A DNA stretch of 39,531 nt from positions 1 to 39,531 of IMG/VR virus record IMGVR_UViG_3300042393_000674; one strand, 5' to 3'. The notes under the pieces were generated by a model. That model had not been told where the DNA came from and did not search any database. It saw only the letters and a program-made list of their open reading frames with translations. Positions 9,948 through 19,406 of this stretch are shown here, piece after piece. The translations under genes were made by a program, and so were the position numbers. Positions within the stretch are counted from its first letter, which is position 1; each line of letters opens with the position of its first letter. The stretch is from a virus (lineage: Duplodnaviria > Caudoviricetes).

Positions 9948-12900
9948 TTAGATACCTGCAGCATTTAAACGTGCCTCAAGTTGCTCGATTCGTGTCATTG
10001 CTTCTTGTAAAGCAACCACAGCTTTCATGTACAAAATCGAATACTTTACCGACTTGGTTACTTCGCCTGTTGTAACTGTGTTACCTTCTTCATCACGAAC
10101 TGTGTCTGGTGATTCAAAAACTAAACCTGGTGATACAAGTTCGGCTTCTTGCGAAATCAAACCAAGTTGCAACGGACCTGTTGGGTTTTCTTTAAAGCGA
10201 TATTTGCGGAATTGCAGATTTTTAATGTCATTCCATTGCGATGTAGCATTAACAATGTCTTGCTTTAGTTTGACATCAGAAAGAGCACTATAACTATTAC
10301 TACGCGAGCCAAATGTTCCATTTGAATAAATGATAGCTTTTGTGTTAGTGGTATCATCACAAGCAAGAAAGTATGAGCTTGTATTGTTTGGTGATTGTCC
10401 GCCAAAGTAAATGAAGTTATTTAAATTGCCGGTAGTTGCCGTACACATGAACTGAAATGTTCGGTCACCGCTAGAGCATAGCTCGTGATATGAGCCTGCT
10501 GTATTTGCATAAACTCCAGTATTACTAATTTTAAAGTAACCACCAGAGGTTATTCTGCCTCGTTCAGTGGCGGCTGTTCTAAATTCAATCCTAGCACCTG
10601 CTGATCCATAAATATTAATCGAATTTACATCGTTTTCACTTCCGGCACCGTTTAATCGTAACCATCCATTTGGACCTGGTCCATTTAAATATACACCATT
10701 AGTTGCGCTGTAATAAGACAATGTACCATTTAGAGAATACAAATCGCCACCAAACGCTTCCATTCGTAACCCTTGCGATACATGCAAAGTATGAGTAGGG
10801 TCAGTTACACCAATACCAACATAACCATTGCTTTTAATACGCATTGCTTCGCCATAATTACCATTAGTTTGTGGAACACCAAATATATGCGTATTAGCTA
10901 CTGTTACATTAGTTCCAATACCATAATCATAGTTATTAGTACCAAAAAGTTTTGGACCGTATGTAGCGTCTTGTTGTATTGGAACACCAGGATCACTAAC
11001 GCTTGTCCAAGGACCTACTTCTTTAACAGTTAAGTTTTCAGCAGCGCTAACATCAAAATTACCACGAGCACCACTGTGATCTATAACTGAACCTTGAAAT
11101 TGCCAACTACTCCATCCAGGAGCGCTGATAAATTCTAAACATAAATAAGTACTACCAGCATCAACAAGTGTAACAAATCTAAAGTTATACGATCCTTCTG
11201 GACCAGCAATACGTTTGTGCCATACACGAATTTGGCTGTCATAGCCTTGTGTAGCATAAATCTCAGCCATTAAGCTAACACCAATTTCATTAACACGGCT
11301 TAAAGACAGCGTGCCTTTTACTTCTGTGGAGTTACCCCCTGCAGCTGTTGTTAACTTAAATAGTTTTAAGAAACGGAAATTGTAATCTTGACCGTTTAAA
11401 CTACTACCGCGTACAAATTGTACATGTCCATCTGTGTCAACTGAAAACCGCCCTATTTGACTACCGCCGTTTGAAATACTTAAACCAGCACCACCAAGAG
11501 GGCTTAGGTGCATTTTATTTGCACCATTATAGATAAACATTAATTCATCATTGGTGTTAGAAAATGTTGATTGAATATCCCAGTAGTTCGTATTTGCTTG
11601 CATACGAATTGATGGGTTATTACCAGCAGCATCAGTTTTGATTCTTAAGTAAGGATTACCAGTAGCAGTGTGAATATAAATGTTACCATTAACATCTAAT
11701 TTTTCTTGTGGATCTGTTTGAGCAATACCAAAATTACCGCCAGTATTAAAATATGTTGGACCACCTCTAGCACTATTAGCTGCAATACTAACCTTGACCA
11801 CATTTTCATCAAGTAATGTAAAATGAGCGTCTCGTTGTCCAGTGCCTGTGTTAGCTATTCTGGCTATATTAACTCCGCCAAAAACCACATTAACACTAGT
11901 TCCACCACCACCACCACTGCCATAAGAACCATTATTTCTAAAATATATATTTGAATTTAAAGTATTTGCTCCAATATCTAACAATCCTGCAGGATTAGTA
12001 GTGCCCATACCTAAATTGCCTGCAGCAGTTAATTTCATTAGCTGTGTGGCAGATCCTGGGCGTCCTGTCCAGAAATTAATACCTTCGTCGCTATCTGCAT
12101 CATAATTGAAAAAGTGTAGGCCTCGGGCGCTACCTCCAGCACCAGGCATAGTGCCTGTCATGCCTTTCCAGTAACTAGTAGACTGTCCACTTACATTATA
12201 GCGCATCGCAATTTCGCCACTATAATTTACGTTAATTGCATTTTCTACATATAATTGAGCGGCAGTATGATTTATACTAGTTCCAATTATTAGGTTACCG
12301 CTTGAGTTAAGGCGCATGCTTTCATTACCACTAGCCCTAAGCCACCTAAATGTATCATAAGTAAAAGACCGCCAAAATGTACCGACTGAATCAGATCCCC
12401 AAAAACACACGCCTCCGTTTGTATCACTCAATCTGACTATTGTGTCTGTACCTCCAACATGCAACCTATTTTGTGGATCAGCTGTACCCACACCTACATT
12501 GCCACTACCATTAATACTTAAACGAGTAGCAGATGCTTTAAGATCATAAATATAAAAACCATCGGCAGGGCCAACACCACCACTAGGACTACGACCAATT
12601 TGCCAAGCATAATCAGTACCACCAACTGCACCACCAAAGTTAACATATTGATACTGTGCACGACCAGCAGCAGAGCCTACGGCTATACCGCCAGCTCCTG
12701 AAGCTGGTCCAATTGATAAAGTACCATCTACTGCAAGACCGGCGGTGGAGAAAGTGGCAACATCAGAAGGGCCAAAAACAACAGTATCGTTACCACTAAC
12801 ATACAGTATATTTATATCTGCGGTATTTGCTGTATTACGCCCATAAATTCTTTTTTGATTTGGTATACCTATAACGCCAATTGAAACGCCAGCTGGGTTA

Positions 12901-14246
12901 GTTCCAAACTGTGCGGTTAAAGCTGTTGTATTACCAGTTGCACTTAAATAACCAGTAACAGCAACACCATTTAGATCAAAAGTTGCTCTTGTAGTTCCGT
13001 ATGTACTAACACTAATTGCACCAGTTCCATTAGAACCTGTGAATCCAGTTAAATTAGCTGAAGTGCCAAAGTAGTAGCCATATGTATTAACAACATAGAA
13101 TTTACCAAGCGTTGTTGTGATATCACCATCAAATGTAGTAGTTCCTGTTACGCTTAAATTACCTACAACTCCAGCTCCTGCACTATTTACATAAAAACTT
13201 GGATTACCTGTTGTATCCCTGATATAGAAGTTATTTTGATAATTTCCTGCTGTACCGTTACCACCAACACCAGCTTCATATGTTTTACCGCTTGCACCAG
13301 TATTTTTTACTGTTAGTGCCGAATAACCATTTGCAATGGTATTATTAATACTAACTGTGTTAGTTCCACCAGTATTACCAGTGCTAAGTCCTAGTGTGCT
13401 TCCATCAAAAGTCAGCACAGACCCAGTAGCCAATGCACTTGTCGATGAAGCGTAAACTAAACCATTAGCTGTGAATGATGTTAAGTTAGTACCGCCATTG
13501 GCAGTAGGCAAAGTGCCTGTAATGCCACTAGAAACACTGATAACTGCACCATTGGTTGCACTAATTGTTTTGGCTGTACCTTGACCATCAAATATTAAGT
13601 TGCCACCTAAATACCAAGATTTGGCAGCAGAAGCAGAAGTAACAATGCTTCCGTTTGCCAAGAACAAAGCAACATTGCCACCATAAGTTAAGCCTGTATC
13701 GCCATTTTCAGCATCACCATACAAACCAATGTTGTAGTTTCCTGTGTGCGTGTCAGTTGCATAACCACGAACACCAACGGCAACACCTGTATCAGCAGCA
13801 GTAGAAACATGGCCTTCACCAGTTACACCAGTACCACGGCCTGTGCCTGATGCGTTAGTATAACCTGCACCATAAACACCTACGCCCCAAGTACTTCCTA
13901 CGGAAACACCCTCAGCCATTTGACCAATGTATGCGGATTCATTATGTTGAATGCCTGATGCAGTATTTGAAACAACACTTAAAGCATTGGGGAAACGAGT
14001 AAAGTTTGCTGAAGCAGAAGGGCCAATTAACTCTGTTGTACCTGCAATGCTAGATCGTGTTGTTGCACCGATTGTAGTGCCATTGATTGTGCCGCCTGTA
14101 ATGGCTGCTGCTCCAGGATCAACAGGAGTATAGCCAAGTCTAGCTGCAATTGCACTAGTGCTTAAGTCTACGCCTTCAATCGAAGCATCTAAAATATTAC
14201 CACCAGAGACTAACCCCTGAAATGGAGCATTTCCTATGACTGCCAT
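9948..14246 (-). CDS. tail fibre with C-terminal intramolecular chaperone (peptidase S74) domain (1432 aa)
   Basis: AAGGAG RBS; GNVGVGT-type repeats; SDVKLK...GLISQE...ALQEAM chaperone motif. Confidence 0.9.
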   Translation of the reverse strand: MAVIGNAPFQGLVSGGNILDASIEGVDLSTSAIAARLGYTPVDPGAAAITGGTINGTTIGATTRSSIAGTTELIGPSASANFTRFPNALSVVSNTASGIQHNESAYIGQMAEGVSVGSTWGVGVYGAGYTNASGTGRGTGVTGEGHVSTAADTGVAVGVRGYATDTHTGNYNIGLYGDAENGDTGLTYGGNVALFLANGSIVTSASAAKSWYLGGNLIFDGQGTAKTISATNGAVISVSSGITGTLPTANGGTNLTSFTANGLVYASSTSALATGSVLTFDGSTLGLSTGNTGGTNTVSINNTIANGYSALTVKNTGASGKTYEAGVGGNGTAGNYQNNFYIRDTTGNPSFYVNSAGAGVVGNLSVTGTTTFDGDITTTLGKFYVVNTYGYYFGTSANLTGFTGSNGTGAISVSTYGTTRATFDLNGVAVTGYLSATGNTTALTAQFGTNPAGVSIGVIGIPNQKRIYGRNTANTADINILYVSGNDTVVFGPSDVATFSTAGLAVDGTLSIGPASGAGGIAVGSAAGRAQYQYVNFGGAVGGTDYAWQIGRSPSGGVGPADGFYIYDLKASATRLSINGSGNVGVGTADPQNRLHVGGTDTIVRLSDTNGGVCFWGSDSVGTFWRSFTYDTFRWLRASGNESMRLNSSGNLIIGTSINHTAAQLYVENAINVNYSGEIAMRYNVSGQSTSYWKGMTGTMPGAGGSARGLHFFNYDADSDEGINFWTGRPGSATQLMKLTAAGNLGMGTTNPAGLLDIGANTLNSNIYFRNNGSYGSGGGGGTSVNVVFGGVNIARIANTGTGQRDAHFTLLDENVVKVSIAANSARGGPTYFNTGGNFGIAQTDPQEKLDVNGNIYIHTATGNPYLRIKTDAAGNNPSIRMQANTNYWDIQSTFSNTNDELMFIYNGANKMHLSPLGGAGLSISNGGSQIGRFSVDTDGHVQFVRGSSLNGQDYNFRFLKLFKLTTAAGGNSTEVKGTLSLSRVNEIGVSLMAEIYATQGYDSQIRVWHKRIAGPEGSYNFRFVTLVDAGSTYLCLEFISAPGWSSWQFQGSVIDHSGARGNFDVSAAENLTVKEVGPWTSVSDPGVPIQQDATYGPKLFGTNNYDYGIGTNVTVANTHIFGVPQTNGNYGEAMRIKSNGYVGIGVTDPTHTLHVSQGLRMEAFGGDLYSLNGTLSYYSATNGVYLNGPGPNGWLRLNGAGSENDVNSINIYGSAGARIEFRTAATERGRITSGGYFKISNTGVYANTAGSYHELCSSGDRTFQFMCTATTGNLNNFIYFGGQSPNNTSSYFLACDDTTNTKAIIYSNGTFGSRSNSYSALSDVKLKQDIVNATSQWNDIKNLQFRKYRFKENPTGPLQLGLISQEAELVSPGLVFESPDTVRDEEGNTVTTGEVTKSVKYSILYMKAVVALQEAMTRIEQLEARLNAAGI

Positions 14247-14256
14247 AGACTACTCC

Positions 14257-14583
14257 TTAAATTAAGAATGAAATTACTGCGTCTGCTGAATTTGCTGCGC
14301 TTGCTGAGGCGGTAATCGAGTCGCCTTCTTCAACAACTACCTTCTGATCGCCACCTACAATGGCCAAAGCACCGCCAGGTAATACTGCGGCGCTTTTGAT
14401 TAAAAATGCACTTGATCCACCATTTTTTACCAATCGTGCACTTACATTAATTGTAGCACCTGTGGTATTGGCAATAGATAAACCAATAAGAGTAGCAGCT
14501 TGTCCCGCTGTAATAGTCGGGGTTAGGGTACTAGGACTGGCGTCTACTCCAATGTTTGCTGTTATTTTTGATTTGAAAGCCAT
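14257..14583 (-). CDS. small beta-rich structural/adaptor protein (108 aa)
   Basis: AAGGA RBS; predicted all-beta pattern; sits between a short fibre fragment and the large fibres. Confidence 0.55.
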   Translation of the reverse strand: MAFKSKITANIGVDASPSTLTPTITAGQAATLIGLSIANTTGATINVSARLVKNGGSSAFLIKSAAVLPGGALAIVGGDQKVVVEEGDSITASASAANSADAVISFLI

Positions 14584-14592
14584 TTTTTGTCC

Positions 14593-14826
14593 TTATCCTA
14601 AAGCAATAGCCATAGCAACTGCTTGATCAACAGTCTGCGTTTGGCTATATACTTGTAAATTTGTTCTTGCGGTAGGCAAGTCTGCTAAATCACTTAAATT
14701 AGCAGACTTGACCATTTTTAAACCGACTTCTGTGTTTAAGTTGATAAAGTTATTATCAACTTCTTCATTAGTAAGAGGAGTACCTTTGGCGGTAGCACCC
14801 AATACGCGAGTAATAATTGTTGCCAT
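14593..14826 (-). CDS. 77-aa minimal fibre-like linker protein
   Basis: GAGGA RBS; composed of fibre motifs: KGTPLTNEEVDNNFINLN, NLSDL..ARTNL, C-terminal AVAMAIALG. Confidence 0.65.
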   Translation of the reverse strand: MATIITRVLGATAKGTPLTNEEVDNNFINLNTEVGLKMVKSANLSDLADLPTARTNLQVYSQTQTVDQAVAMAIALG

Positions 14827-14844
14827 AGGTAGTCCTCGTTAAAA

Positions 14845-15297
14845 TTAAGCTACAGTTACTTTCCAAGTGATTGTCAATGTGTCTAATGCACCTTTGTTAA
14901 TCACTGCGAAAACTGTACGGCACAACATTGTACCAGTAACAGCATCGTTAAAAATACCAGCTTCTGTAATAGCACCAGTGCCTGTACCAGCAGCAAATGT
15001 AGCAACATACTGTACTGCGTCATTAGCTACTGATGTAGTAACGATTGTAGTAGAAGTTAAGGTAACACGACCGAGTTCGTTACCAAGTGCCGCATTAGCA
15101 GCAGCAGCTGCTGTACTACCAGCGCCAACAGCCATGTGGCTCATTACATTTGCTGTAGCATCTTTCATGCGTGATGCAATATAAGCAAGACCTGGGCTAA
15201 CTACTAAGTTATGCTCGTCTTGTTGCTTTACGTTGCCGAATTCGTCCGTTAGAACTAGGCTCAACGTACCTTTAGTTTTGATGTTGTCTTGTAACAT
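14845..15297 (-). CDS. stand-alone tail-fibre attachment-type domain protein (150 aa)
   Basis: NLVV..G, HMAVGAG, LGNELGR, ITEAGIF..GTMLCR..F..INK pattern resembles the N-terminal attachment domain of P2 gpH-type (DUF3751-like) fibres; AAGGA RBS. Confidence 0.6.
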   Translation of the reverse strand: MLQDNIKTKGTLSLVLTDEFGNVKQQDEHNLVVSPGLAYIASRMKDATANVMSHMAVGAGSTAAAAANAALGNELGRVTLTSTTIVTTSVANDAVQYVATFAAGTGTGAITEAGIFNDAVTGTMLCRTVFAVINKGALDTLTITWKVTVA

Positions 15298-15306
15298 ATA
15301 AAATCC

Positions 15307-18300
15307 TTAATAAGTATAAGTTTCACCTGTATAGCCCAACTCTACATAATCCTGAGAGAAATAGCTTTGTAAAGTAAGTGAAATTGTTTGAGATGTTGAT
15401 ACTGTTTCCCTTTTGTTGGGAGCAGTAAGCAAAGTCACAGTATCGCTACTGTTTGTAATATCTGAAAGTGCTTTGTTAGTTACAGCAGCGAATACTTCAG
15501 ATAAAATTTGAGATTCATTAACCGATCTCTTAAAATCTGTTAATGTTGTTATTGTTTCCGAATTGATTACGTGATCAGCAACATTCTTATTAACGGTAGC
15601 TATTTGATCATCATCAAGGTTAGCAGCACCGTAGAAATCGTCTGTTGCATCCACTAAATCTGAAAATTCAGTAGTAGTGTCTTTGTTAACTGTTTCTGCA
15701 GTTATTGCAGAATCTAACTGTCGTTTACTAATATCAAGCGTTTTTGTTTCGCTTGTTGTAGCAGTTTCAAGAACTGATTTATTTGTAACTAAAGTAGTTT
15801 GATCAGATTTTGTAACAGTTTCCGTTACAGTTCTATTAGCATCAAACTCGGTAGTAACATTATCTGTTGTACCAGTTAAGTTATTATTAAAGCTAGTAGA
15901 AAACGCTACTTCTTTTACGTCTGTAGCTGCAACCACTTCTGCGCGCTGATTAGTAATATTAACTATTCTTTGTTCAGCGGTATTGGTGGTTTCTAGAACT
16001 GCTTTGTCTGTGGTTATTGTTGTAAAATCACTTAAAGACTGTAACTCACTAAATGTTCTTAAGTAGCTAACTAATCTTTCAAATACTTCTGAATTGGTTG
16101 CATAGTCAACAACTACTTTGTTAACAGTTGCGGTTTGATCATCGTCAACGTTAGCAGCACCAAAGAAATCATCTGTTGCATCTACTAGTTCTTGTATGTC
16201 TACTGTAGCATCTTTTACAAAAGTTTCTGCAGTATTTACAATTTCTGAATGTTGTGTAGTTGTGGTTTTTTGCAGTAACTCAGCAGTATTGGCGGTTTCT
16301 GTAACTGACTTATCTGTGTTTAGTTTAAACAATTCAGCAGTATTTACTGTTTCTGCTTGTACTCTAACAGCATTCCATTGGCTACTAAAGTTATCTGTTG
16401 TGTTATTTAAACTATCTGCACGATCTGTGCTAAAGCTTAGACGAGGAGTATCGGTACTAGTCGAACTATCTTGTAGTGGTTTACTTGTGTTAAACTGTTT
16501 TTGTTCAGCGGTTACTACAGTATCTAGTGAAGTTTTATCTACTACCGCTGTTGTAAAATCGCTTAGCGACTGTAATTCACTGAACGTTCTTAAGTAATTA
16601 ACTAATCTTTCAAATACATCTGAGTTTGTTACATGGTCAGAAACCAACTTATCAATAGCAGCAACTTGATCATCGTCAATATTTGCAGCACCATAAAAGT
16701 CATCAGTAGCATCTATTAGTTCTGAGAACTCAGTACTAACGTCTTTATTAGTTGTTTCTACGGAAACTACTGTTTCTAATTGTTGTTTATTAACCGTAGC
16801 TGTAGATATTTCATTTGCTACAACAGTTTCTGTTACAGGCTTGTTTGTAGCTAATACTGCTTGATCAGTTTGTACAACAGTTTCTGTAAAGCTCCTAAAA
16901 GCAGTCCATTCCCTAACAAAGTTTTCTAAGATACTTGCTATTTCTGATTTACTAGTAGTAATATCGGACGTAGTAGTTTCTGTGGTAACTACAGTTTCTG
17001 ATTTTTCTAAGCCAACACTATAGTTAGTATTCTCACTTGTCGAGACTGTTTCGTACTTGTTAGGTTCAATACTTTGTGTAAATAAGTCAGCTTGAGCAAC
17101 TGTTTCAGTTCTGCTTGTGCTAAAATCAACGGCTGCTGTTTCTGCAACGCTAACAACATCTTGGCGACTAGTAACAAAATTAACATCAAATCTTTCGGAT
17201 GTTGTTACTGTTTCTAGTACTGATTTAGCAAAATTAAGTGTAGCTAAATCTGTGTTAGCGGCTGTTTCTAAGAAAGCTCTATTGAAGTCAGCAACAGTTA
17301 TTACAACATCACTATTGGTTGCGTAATCCGATAATACTTTATCAAATGTTGCAATTTGATCATCATCAACGTTAGCTGCACCATAAAAGTCATCGGTAGC
17401 ATCAACTAGTTCATTATAAACTGCACTAAAGTCAAATGCTTGTTGTTCGCTTGTTGTGGCTTGATCTAGCACCAACTTTTGAAGTACTTTTTCTACTAGT
17501 TCAGTAAATGCTATTTGTTCTAAACTAACGCGTTCAACTAATTGTTCGACACGATCAGTTGTTTGTGTTAACTCACTAAAAATTCGTACTGCTTGATAGA
17601 ATCTAGTAAACTGGTCAGTGTTAGTTACCGAGTCTGTTCGCGGTTTAGTTGTTGAAAAAGCTGCTTGTTCGTTAGCGGTAGCTTGATCTAAAACATTAGT
17701 TTTGTCTAAATCAAAGATTCTTATTTCGCCTGTTAGTGCTTGGTCTAAGATTCTTTTGTTAGGTCTAAAAGTAAGCGAGTCTGAATTTGATGTTTGGTCA
17801 GCAAATCGGGGTCTTATAACTAGCTTTACTTCTTCTAACATCTGGGCTGTATCAGTAAACAGCCTAATATAAGTTACTAATCTTTCAAATGCTTCAGCAA
17901 AATTAACACGTTCAAGAACTACTTTACCAAAAGTAGCAACCTGGTCATCGTCAATATTAGCAGCGCCATAGAAGTCGTCCGTGGCATCTACTAGTTCACT
18001 AAACTGTTTATTAACCGCAAGCTCTGTGATTTGGTCACGTGCATGAACAGCTTTAAAAGTGTAGTCTGTTATGTCAAATATGTAATCTTCTAAAAAGTAG
18101 TCGATTTCATTTATGTTTATACCAATCAATTTGGTTAACAATAATTCAGAGATAGATACCTGATCCACATTACCAGGAACACTTACATCTTTAGCAACTT
18201 GTTCTATAGTAGTTGCTTGATCTGTTCTGTCTGGCTTATCAATGTCAAAATTGTATAATTCGTTTTGAGCAGTAAATTGGTCGCTGCGCGTTTTACCAAC

Positions 18301-19398
18301 AGCGTTATCAACTATGTCACTGTTTGTAAACTGATCTTGCAAACCTGGTTTGATTACATCGAATGCTTGCTGTTCGCTGGATACAACCTCTTCTGTTCTG
18401 TCAGGTTTGACAACATCAAACGATTGTTGTTCTGAGTTAGAAGTCTGTTCTGTTTTAGCTAACCCTACTACGCTTGTTTGTAAGTCACTAGACACAAACT
18501 GATCAAACTTTGGCAACTGTGGTTCTAACGATGCTTGCTCGCTAGCCGTAGCTTGGTCTAGTACATCTGGCTTTGTTACATCAACTGCAAAAGTTTCTGG
18601 TAAACTAATCCAGTCCATTACAACTTTAAAAACTTGTGCTATTTGATCATCGTCAATATTAGCTTCACCAAAAAAGTCATCAGTGGTAAAAGTTGTGTCT
18701 GAAAAGTTTCTGTTAAAATCTACGATTCTGGTTAAAACATCTGAAAAACCAATTGTTTGATCTTGTAGAGTTTTACCAACCAATATAACAGCGTAACTTA
18801 AATTAGCTAGTGCTGTTACGTCTGTTAAATATTTGCCTACATCTGTGGATAATAGGTCACTGCTATTCGCTAAGTCTGCTAGGACTTTTTCAAAGTCTTT
18901 TTGTATTAATTCGCTATTAGCGGTAGAATCTGTATGTGTTCTAAACGCAGTCCAAACTCGGTTAAATACGTCTGAGTTTGTGGTAATGTCAGCTAGAACT
19001 TTTTGCAGTAGCTTGCGTACTTGTTCTTCAGTAGTAGTTAAATTACTTAAATTCTTAAATACATCAAACAGTTTCTGTTCGCTTAAACCAAATTCGTCAC
19101 TTAAAAACTTAAATAAGCGGGGATCAGGTACACTGTCTTCGCCTAAGTTTGTTGCTATAAATTCTATGGCAGTATCGGTTACTTGTCCTGCTACTGGTAA
19201 TTCCGTAGGAAGATTACTAGTAACTTGAATAGTGGAATCAGTACCAATTAAAGTTGGTGTAGTTACCTGAGTAGTATATGTTGTATTAGCAGTACTAGAA
19301 TTAATTCCACTGGTTGGGTCAGTACCTACAACAACCGGAGTTTGTACTTGAGCAGTATACGGAACACCCGTTAGTAAAATTTGTTTAGTATCTGCCAT
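15307..19398 (-). CDS. 1363-aa acidic Thr/Asp/Val-rich repeat protein, putative fibre shaft
   Basis: AAGGAG RBS; ~18-aa periodic repeat plus six copies of TDDF[FY]GxAN[IVL]DDDQ; follows the collar-like gene. Confidence 0.6.
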   Translation of the reverse strand: MADTKQILLTGVPYTAQVQTPVVVGTDPTSGINSSTANTTYTTQVTTPTLIGTDSTIQVTSNLPTELPVAGQVTDTAIEFIATNLGEDSVPDPRLFKFLSDEFGLSEQKLFDVFKNLSNLTTTEEQVRKLLQKVLADITTNSDVFNRVWTAFRTHTDSTANSELIQKDFEKVLADLANSSDLLSTDVGKYLTDVTALANLSYAVILVGKTLQDQTIGFSDVLTRIVDFNRNFSDTTFTTDDFFGEANIDDDQIAQVFKVVMDWISLPETFAVDVTKPDVLDQATASEQASLEPQLPKFDQFVSSDLQTSVVGLAKTEQTSNSEQQSFDVVKPDRTEEVVSSEQQAFDVIKPGLQDQFTNSDIVDNAVGKTRSDQFTAQNELYNFDIDKPDRTDQATTIEQVAKDVSVPGNVDQVSISELLLTKLIGININEIDYFLEDYIFDITDYTFKAVHARDQITELAVNKQFSELVDATDDFYGAANIDDDQVATFGKVVLERVNFAEAFERLVTYIRLFTDTAQMLEEVKLVIRPRFADQTSNSDSLTFRPNKRILDQALTGEIRIFDLDKTNVLDQATANEQAAFSTTKPRTDSVTNTDQFTRFYQAVRIFSELTQTTDRVEQLVERVSLEQIAFTELVEKVLQKLVLDQATTSEQQAFDFSAVYNELVDATDDFYGAANVDDDQIATFDKVLSDYATNSDVVITVADFNRAFLETAANTDLATLNFAKSVLETVTTSERFDVNFVTSRQDVVSVAETAAVDFSTSRTETVAQADLFTQSIEPNKYETVSTSENTNYSVGLEKSETVVTTETTTSDITTSKSEIASILENFVREWTAFRSFTETVVQTDQAVLATNKPVTETVVANEISTATVNKQQLETVVSVETTNKDVSTEFSELIDATDDFYGAANIDDDQVAAIDKLVSDHVTNSDVFERLVNYLRTFSELQSLSDFTTAVVDKTSLDTVVTAEQKQFNTSKPLQDSSTSTDTPRLSFSTDRADSLNNTTDNFSSQWNAVRVQAETVNTAELFKLNTDKSVTETANTAELLQKTTTTQHSEIVNTAETFVKDATVDIQELVDATDDFFGAANVDDDQTATVNKVVVDYATNSEVFERLVSYLRTFSELQSLSDFTTITTDKAVLETTNTAEQRIVNITNQRAEVVAATDVKEVAFSTSFNNNLTGTTDNVTTEFDANRTVTETVTKSDQTTLVTNKSVLETATTSETKTLDISKRQLDSAITAETVNKDTTTEFSDLVDATDDFYGAANLDDDQIATVNKNVADHVINSETITTLTDFKRSVNESQILSEVFAAVTNKALSDITNSSDTVTLLTAPNKRETVSTSQTISLTLQSYFSQDYVELGYTGETYTY
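15590..18700 (-). repeat. six dispersed copies of the TDDF[FY]GxANxDDDQ-coding motif
   Basis: DDDQ codons near 15606, 16137, 16668, 17358, 17943 and 18645; spacings 531, 531, 690, 585, 702 bp, all multiples of 3. Confidence 0.9.
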
Positions 19399-19406
19399 AA
19401 AGCTCC

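Noticed and set aside
1104-14246. Diversity-generating retroelement or invertase shufflon acting on the fibres
   Set aside because: No reverse transcriptase or recombinase in the window, no adenine-specific TR/VR pair noticed, and no inverted fibre cassettes. Checked by eye only.
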